This document shows, piece after piece, positions 11,880-24,734 of a stretch of DNA of 64,000 nucleotides. Both the position numbers and the translations under genes were made by a program. The DNA comes from Moniliella sp. 'wahieum' (Eukaryota). The first letter of the stretch is position 1. Every line of letters starts with the position of its first letter. Where the stretch lies: assembly GCA_003971905.1 (NCBI GenBank), contig RSEE01000025.1:620001-684000 (forward strand), read 5' to 3'. A model generated the notes under the pieces. The model was not told the DNA's origin. It was given only the letters and a program-made list of their open reading frames with translations, and made no database searches.

Positions 11880-13164
11880 TTACCCCTCCAACGGTCGTTC
11901 CACCACAAGCGCCACATTGATCGATTTGATGTCCCCACCATCCTCTTCAAACATGAGTTGGTAGGTGGACGAAAGCCGATCTAGATCGCTTTGGTGGGTC
12001 TGCTGCGCATCAGCCCGTCGGCCCTCTTGACCCGACCCCCCACTGAGAAAGAAGTACGTACCTTGCCTGTAGGCCCTCCGCCCATGACGGTGGCAGGGTA
12101 GAATATGGTCGTGTCGGGGTAGACGGCCAAGACTTGTTGTCCCAAAGCGTACTCACGCGGTGGGAGCGTCCGGCCCGATTCGGGGAGGGGAAGAAGAGTT
12201 TCGAGGGTGGTACTGTACGTTTTGCTATGAAATCGCGTTAGCGTCAATCATCATCATCGTGGGGTAGGGGGAGGGGGGGGGTAATTCTACCAGAGTAAGG
12301 GAAAAAGGGGACGTACTCGGTATTGTAATCGTCTCTCACCACGTAGCGATTGTGATCGTTGTGGATACACTCTACCACTGTAGCCATGATCCATTCTTCC
12401 AGCGACGCGGGGTCCCCATTAAGCAGAGGCGTACGGAACGCCACCTTGCGCCCGGGCTGGAGAGGTAGCTGGGATGCATCCTGTTCCCGCTCTGGACGCA
12501 CTTGGTCGTGAAGGGGGAAGTGACAGCAGAGGGAACGGCCGAGGTGGCCCGTTCTGGTCCAGAGGGTCGGTCTGCCACTTTACGCTGTGCTTTCCCGCGC
12601 TTGGAAACGGGCGGGTCGGAGGGATTGTCCGAGGTGTGGGAGGCGGAGAGGGACGGGGTGGTGGCAGGAGAAGCGGTTTTTGAGGGGGGAGGATCGACTC
12701 GCCTCCGTTTACGAACAAGCACGTCGTCGGTGGAGGGAGGAGTGAGTAAGGCCTGAAGAATGGATACCTTCTCGTACGCATTATCGGACAAGTCGTGGGC
12801 TAGCTGCAGACGCGGTCGCAGCTCGGCACGCACGTCGTCCAAGCTGCGATCGGGCCAGGAAGGGTTGGTCACCCGCCATGCCTGGATCCGTTCGTACTCG
12901 TCCTCGAGTGGCTTGATCTGGTCACGCAGAACATCGAGTTGGCGCAGCTGCTCGCGGATCGAAGTCCAGAGCTGGGCTTCCTCAGGGCCAGCTGCAGAAA
13001 GGGAAGGAGAATGATTAATGATTAATGAGCACTGTGAACATGATGGCAGCCGCCCTGCCTGCTGGGCGGTGTTCTGTTGAGATGCGCCCAGCAACGGCAA
13101 GCATCCGAGAGGGAAGGGAAGAAAACAACGCACCATTTCCACGGCTGCGACTGCGCAAGCTCAT
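11880..13164 (-). CDS. SGF29: SAGA-associated factor 29 (tandem Tudor domain)
   Basis: ATG 13164 MSLRSRSRG. N-terminal helical region, then LQPGRKVAFR...EEWIMATV...RYVVRD, VLAVYPDTTIFYPATV and YQLMFEED...ALVVERPLEG*. Three probable introns. Confidence 0.85.
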
Positions 13165-14493
13165 GCGGGCACGCGGGTGTGGCGGGTGTCCTCGACCCGG
13201 GTGGGGGCAGCAGACGACGATGACAAGACAAACGAAGGGTGGTTGGTTGACGTGAGCACGGATCTCACTAATTAATTGCATGTATTAATTACCAGTCTCG
13301 TAAAGCCAAGCAAGCCTAAAAAAGCGAATAGGCGCTTTTAAAACCAGCTGCCCCCCCACCCCTTAGTCGAGAGGATCACTCGTTCGACCGGGCCAAGAGG
13401 CACTTCTTGCATTACTTGCTTGGGCTTCAAACTTGAAGCTTTAGTTAAGGAAGGGTCTAAGGGTCTGCCAACAGGTATTACTACTATAGTATATAGGCGT
13501 GCACAACAATGCAACTCGTGCCACCAAAGGCATACGACCAAGTAAGGGGGGAAGAAGTGGGAACATCGATCAGTACTGATCCCTACCCGCGTATACACTC
13601 CCACGCTCGTACGCTCCTCCTACTTTGTCCGACACTCGCGATGTTAAAGTCCTACGCTGACCCGATGTTCCTAGGGGATCGCCAGGGATCGCCACAACAG
13701 AAGAGAGCAGGTATTATACTTTTGTCTTCCCCCCCTCCCCCTCAATACAGCCGCGCTGCACCTGGTTTGTCGTCCACCGGGAACCCGACATCCAGGAAAC
13801 ACAGTCCGAGCGGGCAAGAGACGAAAGGGAGAAGAAAAGAGGGCATATATGGAGAGAGGGTAAGGAGAGAGGGTCAGGGGCGAGACGTGTGGGGACAATG
13901 GTTGAGAGGTGCTCAGCCTGAGCCGTACCCGGCCTCAAGATTGTATTCCGTAACCAGTGCTCAGTTGAGGCTCCTGAGCACCAAACTCATTTCTCCACTC
14001 AATCCAACGGGGAGCGCTGCGTACCAGAGACCATACCCACCAGTGCGCCCAAGCCTGCCCCAAGCGCGTTCAGTTCAACGTTCAACGTTCAAATCAAAGC
14101 GTTCAGTTCGTCTTCAACGTTCTGGCGCTCAGCTCAGTCTGAGCGCTGAGGCTCAGCCTGAGCCTCAGAGCGCGCCTCAGCAGGCCTCAATCAGGGTGTA
14201 CAAGTTCAGTTCACTATTTTCAACTCAACGAACGTTTTGTTCCTATCCCGTTGAGTTCAACGTTCCACATCCCACCTTCAAGCTTCAACCGTAACGTTCA
14301 ACTTGAACGTACTGACCTTCAGATCTCAGAGACCGACGGGTGGCACCGACGCATGGACACTGATACGGAGTATTACGGACTTCCAATCGACAACACCCGA
14401 GGCCGAGGCCCGAGGCAGAGAGACTGTGAGAACCGGCTGCAGTGGGGCGGCACGGCACGGCACGGCACACGCCATCAATTCCATTGCAGGTCC

Positions 14494-14544
14494 CAAGTTC
14501 CCAGTTCCAAGTTCCAAGTTCCAAGTTCCAAGTTCCAAGTTCCA
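14494..14544. repeat. (CAAGTTC)n heptamer microsatellite
   Basis: About 7 tandem units read directly. 7-bp period, but the unit is not palindromic. Confidence 0.9.
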
Positions 14545-15984
14545 GGTTGCATCATAGCCTAGTCGGAGCGGGCATCGCGGGCGCATGGAGTGTCCCCCTG
14601 TGGGCATCGATCTTGATCGTGCCATCAAGCCACAACAGTGGCATGTATCGAGTATCTTGCATCGTATCATCTATACGACCCTGCAGACCTGCACGTTCCC
14701 CGCCATATAATACGCAGTCCGGCAGGCAGGTGGGAAGCAGGTCCCCGCTCTAAGAACGCAGCTGACGCAGGGACATCGGGCAAGCAGAATGAGGTCCAAG
14801 GTCTACGATGTAAGATCTAAGATCTAAGATCCAAGATCCCAAATCCAAGATCCCAGATCGATCGAGAGTCAATGGGAGCTAGGGACTAGTTCAGTTCGTC
14901 GGAAGGCAAGCGATGGGAAGGGAAGGAATAGGGAGAGAGAGAGGAGGGAGCGAGCGAACGGCAAGAAAGCGGTAAAGCCTCAGGCAGCAACAGACTGAAG
15001 CACAGCACAACGGAAGACAAAAGGGGAAAGGAAAAGGGAAAAAGGACAGGAAAAGGCGACGGGCAGGAAAGCGAGGCAAGTGTCGGGTCAAGAGTCAAGT
15101 CAAGTCAAGTCACGGCGAGTCAAGCCAAGGCGAGAGGCGAGAGACAAGAGGAGAGGCAAGAGGCGAGGCAAGAGGCGAGGGGTGAGAACAGAGAGTGTCT
15201 TTTGGTTGGTCGTGGGAGATCCAACGAGGAAACAAGCGCACACAACAACCGTCGAATAGAAATGGGTAAGGAGAAAAAGAAAAAAAAGAGAAAAGAGAAA
15301 CCGAAATACAAAACTATACTAGCGTTTAGTAATACGGGAAGAAATACGGGAAGTGGTGGTGGTGGAAATGGTGAAGGTGAAGGTGGTGAGGGTAGGTTAC
15401 CAGGGTACAGTAGGTCTGCCGAGTAATACGTGCCCCCCACAAACGGGCGAGGTTTTAGTGGAGGGGGTGAGAGGACCACACAAGAGATGGGGGGAGATGG
15501 GAATCAATAAGGTGTCGCAAGTCGGGCCTTTTTGAACCTCCGTGGGCCAAAAGGCCACGGGGACCCAAGGGCAGGACAAGGACCGAAGCGGGCAAACATG
15601 GAGGGGGAAGCCTAGAGGGGAAAAAGGAAAGAAAGGAGAGAGAACGAGTGGAAGAAAAAAGGAAAAAAAGACAAAAGCAGGGGAGAGGAGGATGAGAGGA
15701 GTAGGGGAGAGGGGGGGATCCACCAGCTTAAGAGAGGAAGAAGAAAAAAAAAAGAAAAAACGGTGCGTGCGGGTGGGGGTAGCGGGACAAGTGGGGCAGG
15801 GCGAGGCAGAACGCCACGCCACAACCACACGAGCCATTAAAGCGAGACGTGAGCCCGCGCAGGACGAAGCCAAAGGGCAGTCAAGTCAATAACCGACCGC
15901 CAAAGAAAAGCATAGTAGACACTTGAGTTGGGACGCAAGTGCCTGGTGTGCGCGACGACTGAGCAGCGTAAAGCGGGGAACCGT

Positions 15985-18978
15985 TTACTCTCGTCGTCCA
16001 CCTCGAGACGAGTGGCGAACGAGTAAATGTCGGGCTCGCCCTCCTCCGACTTCTCGTGGACGACAGTAAGGCGCTGGAGGTTGGTGAAGAAGTCTTCCAG
16101 CACCTCGTTCTTGGTCGAACGAACGCGACGGCCCATACGGTTGATCCACTCGAGCTTGTTCAGCACGTAGTACACGACGGTAATGATGATCGTCACACCA
16201 ATCGAGTAGGCCCAGACACGCACAACGGTAACCACGTCGGTCCAGTTGTGCTTGTTGTGGCGCAAGGGGCGAGTGGATGTACTTGGCAATGGGGCCACCG
16301 AGCCAGCCAAACAGAGTGAAGAGCGTAGCAAGCGCATCGACACCGAGAATGGCACCAACAAGCTCCCAGGACGGAATGGTGTTCTCGTCCGACGTGCCCG
16401 AGCCAAGACGCGTGACAAAGATGAGCCAGTTCTCCGTGAGCGAAACCTCAAGGAAGAGGATAAGCTGCACGTTACCGAAGTTCTGAACGATACCACCGTC
16501 GGGGAGGAAGAGGGTGCCACGGACAATCCAGGTACCAGCAGCAAGCAGCGCACCGAGGATGGTCGAGATGACCCAAATCTTGGGCAGCTGCCACTCGACG
16601 GGCTCCTTGGCGGGGGCATTGTCGTACGCAATGGCAATGGTAGCCAAGTCGGCAAAGAGAGCAATGAAGACAATCAGGTCGGCGCGGATCACCTCGTCAC
16701 GGATGCAGATCGACAGAAGCAGGTAGATCTCAAGGTGAAGACAGAGCGGATACGGTACTGAATGTAAGCCTTCATACGGTGGAAAATCTGGCGAGCGACC
16801 TTGATCGAGTGTGATGATGGTCGACAGACCCTCGTCGAGGAACACGACGTCAGCAGCCGAGCGAGCAGCGTCCGAAGCACCCTCCACAGCATACCACAGT
16901 CAGCCTTCTTGAGCGAGGGAGCGTCGTTGACACCGTCACCCGTCATGGCAACCAAGTGACCACGGTGCTGGGAGCATCTCGACGACCTGGTACTTGTGCT
17001 CGGGGAACACCTCAGCGAAACCGTCGGCAGCCTCAATAAAGTCGTGAATGGCCGAACCAGCAAGACCGCCCGAGCCAATCAGGCGCTGCGAGTCGTACAC
17101 CTTGGTGCCGAGCGAAAGCATCTTGCAAGTCTCCTTGGCAATAGCGACAGCGTCACCCGTAAGCATCTTGACAGCGATACCAAGGTTCTGGGCCTCAGCA
17201 ATGGTAGCAGCCGTGTCCGAGCGAGGGGGTCAAACATGGGCAGGAGACCAAGGAGGTGCCACTCGCCATCGTTGATGGCAACACCAAGCGAACGGAAACC
17301 ACGGGACGCAAAGTCGCCAGCCACCTTGCGGTACTGGGCAGCCTGCTCAGGGTCGGGCTGGCACAGCTTGAGAATAGCGTTGGGGGCACCCTTGGCAGCG
17401 ATGTACTGCTTGCCGTCCTTCTCAACCTCGGCAGTGATACGCTTGGAGACGGGGTCGAAGGGAGTGAAGCGGTGGGTGATCCAGCCCGAGGCGAGCTCCT
17501 CCTGGGCACCGGGGTAGTCCTTAAGGGTCGAGATGGTAACCTTGTCAATGGGGTCGAGCGACTTGATGTTGTGCGACGAGGCGAGGGCAGCGACAGCCAT
17601 CATGAAGTTAACGTCGACACCTTCCGAGGTGAAGGGCTCGTGGATCGAGAGCTTGTTGGCAGTAAGGGTACCAGTCTTGTCCGAGCAGAGCACGTCGACA
17701 CCAGCAAGCGACTCAATGGCAGTAAGCTTCTGCACAATAGCCTGGCGCTTGGCGAGGTAGGCAGCACCGACAGCCATGGTGGTGGTGGTAACGCAGGGAA
17801 GACCGACGGGAACACCGACAACGAGGAAGATCAGGGTGTAGGTGAGCAAGTTGTTCTCCTTGGGCTCAGCAATACCGGTGTGGCGGAAGAAGCCCGAAAT
17901 CCAGAAGCCAACGACGAAGGCCATGACAAGAACCAAGAGAGCGGTACCAATCGAGTCCATGACCTTCTGGAAGTGACCCTGCGACTCACCGCCGAGCACA
18001 AGAGCAGCGGTGCGGCCGACGAAAGTCTGCTTGGCAATGTCCGTGCAGAGGACGAAACCCTTCCCACGCTTGCAGCCAGTGGTGTAGAAGACCGTGTCAC
18101 CAATGTGCTTGTCAACGGCAAGTGACTCGCCGGTAATGGCCGACTGGTCGCAAGCAATGATAGCGGGGCCTTTGTCGACACCCTCGTCATCGTCATCGTG
18201 GGCCGTGGCACGAGCCTTCTCGAGAATAGCAGCAGCCTGAGATCCGTCCTTGTCCTCGTAGTCAGCCAGCAGGCGACCGTCGCAGGGAACCGTCTGGCCA
18301 TCCTGAACAATAACGATTTCACCGGGGGCGACCTCACGAGCTTCAATTTCAACCTCTTGACCGTTGCGAATAACCGTGGCGCGGAGCGCAATGCCCGCCT
18401 TGAGCTGAGCGACAATGTCACCAGCCTGCTTCTCCTGGTACCAACCGACAAAGGCGTTCAGGGCCAAGATACCGCAGATGACACCCAAGTCAATCCAGTC
18501 ACGCAGACCACCGGCAAGAGCGGCAGCCAGCTCCATAACGTAAAGAATGGGACCCTTGAAGAAACCGAGGAACTTCAGGAAGAGGTTCTCCGACGGGGCC
18601 TCGAGCTCATTGTACCCGAACTGGGCACGGCGAGTCTGGACGTCCGAGTCGGACAGACCCTGCTGCATCGAGGTCTCGAGCCTAGAGGAGGGGAAAGAGT
18701 TAACAGGGCTGAATGCCAACCAGGGCGCACAAGAGAGAGCAGACGTACCAGCTGGCGGGGACCTTTTGGGCGACGGTCTCCTGCTCGCCGTCCTTGTTGA
18801 CGCGGACCTCGTGGACCTTCCACGGGCGGAGGAACTCGCGCTTGCGGACGACGGTGATGTTGTTGTCTTGTTCCTCGTCGCCGCTGTGGGCCTTTTGGGC
18901 CTTGATGAAGTCGATGAGCGAGGCGTACTCGTCGTTGACCTGGGCGCCGTAGGAGCCCTTGGGCAGGTCGTCAGCCAT
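15985..18978 (-). CDS. PMA1: Plasma-membrane H+-ATPase (P3A-type)
   Basis: ATG 18978 MADDLPKG. Intron 18748-18682. Motifs [35 protein letters not shown] and [14 protein letters not shown]. Several single-base frameshifts in the 3' half, so the exact stop is inferred. Confidence 0.97.
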
Positions 18979-21900
18979 GGTTGGCAGAGGGTGGGGTGGG
19001 GGAGGGAGGGGGTGTGCGCGCGAGAAGAACGAGAGGTGAGTCACTGGGTGGGGGGGGGTCGCGGCGCGGGGGGGCGAGAAGAGGGGCGGGGGGAGGGGGC
19101 GGAGGGCGAGGCGAAAAAGGCCAGCAGCGACGGGCGAAGCGAGCCCTTTTAACCACGCCGGCCGAAGCGTCTGTGCACCAGACTGCGCCCGCGCCGCGCC
19201 CCCGGACAAGCCTGAACTTGGTGGGGGCACGCGGGCAGTGTGGGCGAGGAGTTTGTTGGGCGCTGGGCGCTCTGGAGAGTGAATAGTGAATCTGCGTATG
19301 CATTCTGCATCCGCCGTGGATTTTGCACTCTGCCTTGCGTGCGGGGGCGGCTGGCTGTCCTGGCTCGGCCTGTGCGTGGCACCAGCCCAGCCACGCGCCC
19401 CGGCGCATCACCGTCGCCACTAGTATGGTCTCCCACGCCATGCGCTGGGCATGCGCAGCACGGGAGCGCGGCCCACAGCGCACCCACGCGCGCGGCTGGC
19501 CAGTGCGGCGGGTGGGTTGCGCCAGCCGCATGCATCACTGCTGATCAGCGCGGTGCCGCTGATCAGCGATGGGTTAGGGTGCATGCAGTACGATCGGTGA
19601 CAGCAATCACACCACGACACGACATCAGACATCCGCCCCTGACTACTCTGACGCCTGATATAATAGTGGCCGCAGCGGTGCTGCAGCCTTCCCGGGGGCG
19701 TGCGGCAGCCGCTCGGCGTAATTCCATGGGCGAGCGGGATCGCCCGCACCCCCTAGGGAGCGATGATCGATGATCGATGATCGATGAACGTTTGTTGAGC
19801 ACTGAGCGTTCGGCCCCGCGCCCCGCACGGCGCCACTGTGCCGGGAGCAATGCAGGGCGGGGGCGCACCTGCCGGCCGAGACGGGCGGCGCGCATGCACA
19901 CCTGAGGCTTGGCTGGCGCGTGCCCGCTGCTCCCTCCGCACGGCGCCAGTGCAAGGTCGCGACCAAGCGGATTCTTTGTCGGGTCGCAGTGGTCAGCATG
20001 CACCACGGCCAGCTCCCCCAGTGGCAAGGCGGCTGGCGGGAGCGTACCGCCCTCGTAACCGCTGAGGCTCAGCGCTCCGGCAAGGCTGATGCCCTGATGC
20101 ACCCCTGACTAGTGACCGGTGGCCGTGACCCCCCCGTGCAGAGCGGGCAGTACGTTCTGAGGCCCTGCGGGGGAGTGAGTTCGGGATATGAATCTGAGCG
20201 CTCATGAGCAGCGCAAGCGAAGGCTGGTGTGGCCGTCGTGTGGGCGCGGGCCGGCGCTGGAGGCACGGGCCCTGTGGAAGGCCTTGGCAGGGGCTGTCGA
20301 CCCGTGAGCCGTGCATGACGTCCCCTAGGATCGACATCCGTGCATCCGCCTCTCCCCACGCGCGCGCTGGGCTGGCCACCGGGCACTGCGCCGCACTGGG
20401 CCACACGCGGCAGGTGGCTGGGATGGGATTGAATGATCGATGATCGATGGGTTAGGTTGGGTTGTGATCTAGGCTCTCTCTCTCTCGCTTCCCCAGGCCG
20501 CCGTGGGCCGACCTGGGCCGACCAGTCAACCGGTCAGTACGTTCAGTAGAGTATGAATACGAATCCTGAGTTCACCCGGGACGATGTTCAACCAACCAGG
20601 CCGCGCGGCAGCAGCAGCGCGCATGACCCGCTCCACTGCCGCTCCCCCCAGTCAAAACAAAACGTTCAGCGTTGTCAACGCGCCAGCGTCAACGTTCATA
20701 CGTTCATTCACGTCCACCCTTCCAGCTCCACCGCAGGCCTCGCCGGTCTTTCCGATCATTGATCTGACCGATCATTTCGATCATTCCAGCTCGCGGAACG
20801 AGTGGGTCGATCATCGATCAGTTCTCAAAGGAAGCCAGAGCGAAGACGCTGCGTCGTGGCTCCATCGACGTTGGATCCAGCTCCTACGTCAAGCTTCAAG
20901 CGTCAAGCGTCAAGCTTCAAGATTGCAGCAGCTATGTAGATTGTTTGCGCTTCAATTGAATATTGGCTTTCTGGGCGTGTGCATGGCTAGCATGAGTAGC
21001 ATCGCCTTGCACCCATTTTTCGGAGCCATTCTAATTCTACCCCTACCCTTGCCCTCTTCTTTTCGCTCCGCTCCAGACTCCTTGGCGCCTTGGCATCGAC
21101 TTTCGAGAGCGCGCCTGCCCAGCTTGCTCGGCTCGGAGCTCCGCCACATCCCCATATGGCTGTACACACCCTCTCCTTTGTGTATAAGAAACCGGTACGC
21201 ATAACCGGCATAACGCATCTGCATCGCCGGTACCCCCCTTGGAGCGTATAGACTTCACATGTCACATGACCGTCACACGTCACGGCAGGTGGCGCTGCCG
21301 CCTGCGAAATCCTGCGTCTCGTTTTCCCGGTTCCCCCCGCCTAGCGCTGCCAGGCCTGCCTGCTTGTTGGTTGGTACAGCAGCCACCAGCCACTAGCCAT
21401 GCCTCAGGGGCAGCGGCAGTGTGTGGTAGCCGGTATGCCGCCATGTGTGGCGGGTACCGTACCCAGCACCGGTTTCGGTCCTGTCCCATGTCCGGCTCCA
21501 CTGGCCGCGGCAGCAGCGGCGGTGGAAGCGGTGCGGCGCCGCGCGTGGCCCTGGACCTGAGGCTCAGGCCTGCGGGAGCGCCGGAGCGCCTGCCTGTACT
21601 GACTGGTACTGAGTACTGAGTTACTGACTGGGCGCTTGGCTTTTTTGGTAGGAGGATCTCACATGCTGACATGCGGATCTGCTGACATGCATGACAAACA
21701 ACAGCGAGCATGCATCATGCATCATGCATATGCACGTGCATGAGCCTGCTGCATGATGGGTGAGCCAGCGCTCAGCGCTCACCGGACACACACACCAGAG
21801 ATCTGCCGGACTGAGGACCTGAGGAACTGAGGAACTGAGTCCTGCGCTGTGGTTTCGCCTGGGTTGCGGGCGAGGCAAGGATCACTGACACCAGGGTCCC

Positions 21901-22466
21901 CAGTACCGGCCGCAGCTAGTCCCTAGTCTCCCCCCCCGCTGGAAATTCAACATTGCACCTTGCGCATCCCTGAGAAACATGCGTCATGCGTCATGCGTCA
22001 TGCACATCATGTCTTCCGACCAGCGGTCTCAGATCTTATATTTACCGGATTCAATATTCACCGCCCTATCTACATGTCCATGTCATCGCTGACATCTCGC
22101 TGTCATCCCCTCCACATTCCACCACCTCCACCACCCCGTCTATTCCCGCCCGTCCCACGCCCCCTTCGCTACCGCCCCCTTCGCGTGGCGCTCCCAATGC
22201 CAGATTGGTGTTAGATGTGCGATGGGAGGTTGAGATGCGAGATCTGAGATCTGAGATCTGGGAGATGTTGAACGTTGAACGGTTGATGCATGTTGGTGCA
22301 TGGTGATTGATACATGATACATGATGCATGATGCATGTTGGTACATGTGATCATCGACTCAGTCGATGAAGCTGAAGCGCAACCAGTAGGATCCGTTGAC
22401 AAAAAACGTCTCTCCACACGCACGCATCCCAAGTAAACCATAGCAAACAAGACCTTTTCCAATTTC

Positions 22467-22520
22467 AAGCTTCAAGCTTCAAGCTTCAAGCTTCAAGCTT
22501 CAAGCTTCAAGCTTCAAGCT
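22467..22520. repeat. (AAGCTTC)x7 heptamer array, the longest of the palindromic-heptamer family
   Basis: Seven perfect units at 22467-22515 plus a partial unit. Confidence 0.97.
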
Positions 22521-24697
22521 CCAACCTTCCTGGTGCGAGCTTCACAATGTCACAGGGCGCACATTAAGTGCATGAGCGCATGAGCACCCAGACTGAGTGG
22601 TTGGCATTTGCGAGAATCCGACAGGGTGCATCATGCATCAAATTCCAAATTCCAAATCGAACCAACGCAGAAAAAAGGCCAGGAAAATGAGCAGAAAGAT
22701 GGGAAGGATACGCATGGGACATGGGACAGGAGAAGGGCTGCGAGAGATAGACATGGCCAGAGGGCTGAGGCTCAGCTGAGCCAGCCATTTTTCTGGCACG
22801 ACCGCCAACAAAATGCCATCCATCACAAAAAAAGTTTAAATACAACAAGTAACTAGTAACTAGTAACTAGTAACGTGGAACATGGAACATGGCACGCTGC
22901 GCTCAGCCGTTCAGCCGCTCCGCTGCTGAGCCTCAGCGCTGAGCTCAGGTGGACGGTGAGTAGGAAGAATGGAGATACTAGTCCTGCTGGATCATCAATC
23001 AGGCGCTCTGCTGTCTTCTCTCTTCTCTCTTCTCTCTTTTGAGATCTGACCGGTGACCGGTGACCGTGACCCGGCTCGGCCGGCGGACTTATCGCTGTCT
23101 TGGGTGGCAGCCGTTCGTTTGCATAAAGCGCTAAGTGCTAATGCCGAAAGAGGGGCAGAGATGCCGAGGTGGTATCTGGTCCCTGCTGGTCGGTCGGTGT
23201 GGCTGGCTGGCTGGCTGGATGTGGTCGGGTCTCTCAGGACGTTTTGCCCCAGAAACCTCCATTCAGTTACTCAGGTACTCAGTGTCTAGTGTACTCAGTG
23301 TCTAGTGTACTCAGCCCCAGAGAAATCCGAGGACAATATCTCGAGGAACACGCTGGTCGTCGGTGATATATAGGTCACTGGTCACCGGTCACAGACCTGT
23401 CACACGCAGCTGCTAGTTCCCTCCCCCAGGATCCTGGGTGACATCATCGAATTGCCAAGCCACACCCCCGCAATCCCCGCCCCCCCCTCGTTTTGCGTGC
23501 CAGCCTGTCCCATGTCAGATGTCACAGACGCGAGTCTGAGGCTAGAAACTTAGCTTCAGATCGCAGAAGCTTCAGAGGCTTTGGAGGCTTCAAGCTCCAG
23601 GGCCTCAGGGCGTTTGGGTTCGGGCTTAGGCCCATAGGGATTACTAGTTACTCAGGCGGCGTCCGAGGCCGCGGATATATTTTTCCCCCTGTGTCCTGCT
23701 ATCGTTTGCCAGCTCGTGGATATGAATACCGCGGTGCTGTTCCTCGTTCCTCTATTGCTAGGTACGAAGTACTAGGTCGTGCGGGTAAAGCCGGAACCAG
23801 CGTGAACCGAGTACCCGGGTACTACCACGGTAACGCAGTAAAGCCGATAGTCGATAATCGAAAACCCGATAACAGCGCCCGTGGGTATGCGTGACGCGTG
23901 ACGCGCGCTACCTGCATGTGTGAACATGTTCGTGATGCGCGTGATGCATAGTGTGGCTCTGAGGGATCTGATGCATGATGCATGATGCATGATGCACGGT
24001 GCATGGCGGCCGACTGCATCGACCATCCCTTGTCAACAAACGCATGTCTTGGTAGGCAGTCACATGTCACATGTCACAAATAACCACAGCTCTTAGAGCT
24101 TAGATTGTTGCTACAAGGAGGGATAGTGGAGTGGATGGAAGAGTAGGTGGACGCGTGCCGAGTAGGTAGGTAGACGAGTGATGGACCATGGTCGATGGAC
24201 GACCATACGTGCGCGCTAGATGGACGACAGATGCTCACCGGCCTCTCAGTATACTGGTGATGGTCACTATGGTCACTCATTAGGCCTTACCGGTACCGGT
24301 TACCCCCTTCTCACCATTTCGTTGTTACTGCTCTGGCATATTTTACTGGTTACTAGTTACGCGTTACGCGTTACGCGTCACTCGCGCACGACCAGCAGTT
24401 ACTAGTTACGAGTTACTCGTTAACGCTGCTAGTTGTTAGATTCCTTTTCGCCACCCCATCTCGCCGCCCGCGATCCATCATATGCATCATCGATGAGAGT
24501 GTTGGTGGTCGACGTTACGCGTTACGCGTTACGCGTTACTCGTTACGCTTACGTCTGTCCAGTGTGCATTGTATGTCCCTACCCTCATTAACAACGTCAT
24601 TAACGTTTAACGTTTTACGTTTTACGCGCGTCGCAATCACGTTTAGCGTTGAAGTTCAACGTTCAACATCATCGACATCATCGATCCTCCGTCCACA

Positions 24698-24734
24698 CTG
24701 CATCTGCATCTGCATCTGCATCTGCATCTGCATC
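24698..24734. repeat. (CTGCAT)x6 microsatellite
   Basis: Read directly. Confidence 0.95.

Noticed and set aside
17256..18800. Long antisense ORFs opposite PMA1 (also opposite ADH, SDH1 and FBP1)
   Set aside because: Expected shadows of strong GC3 codon bias; no independent domain content.
22467..22520. Tandem HindIII/BglII/MluI/SpeI-like sites as a cloning polylinker or CRISPR array
   Set aside because: They are dispersed across native intergenic DNA with degenerate flanking units. There is no vector context and no repeat-spacer structure.
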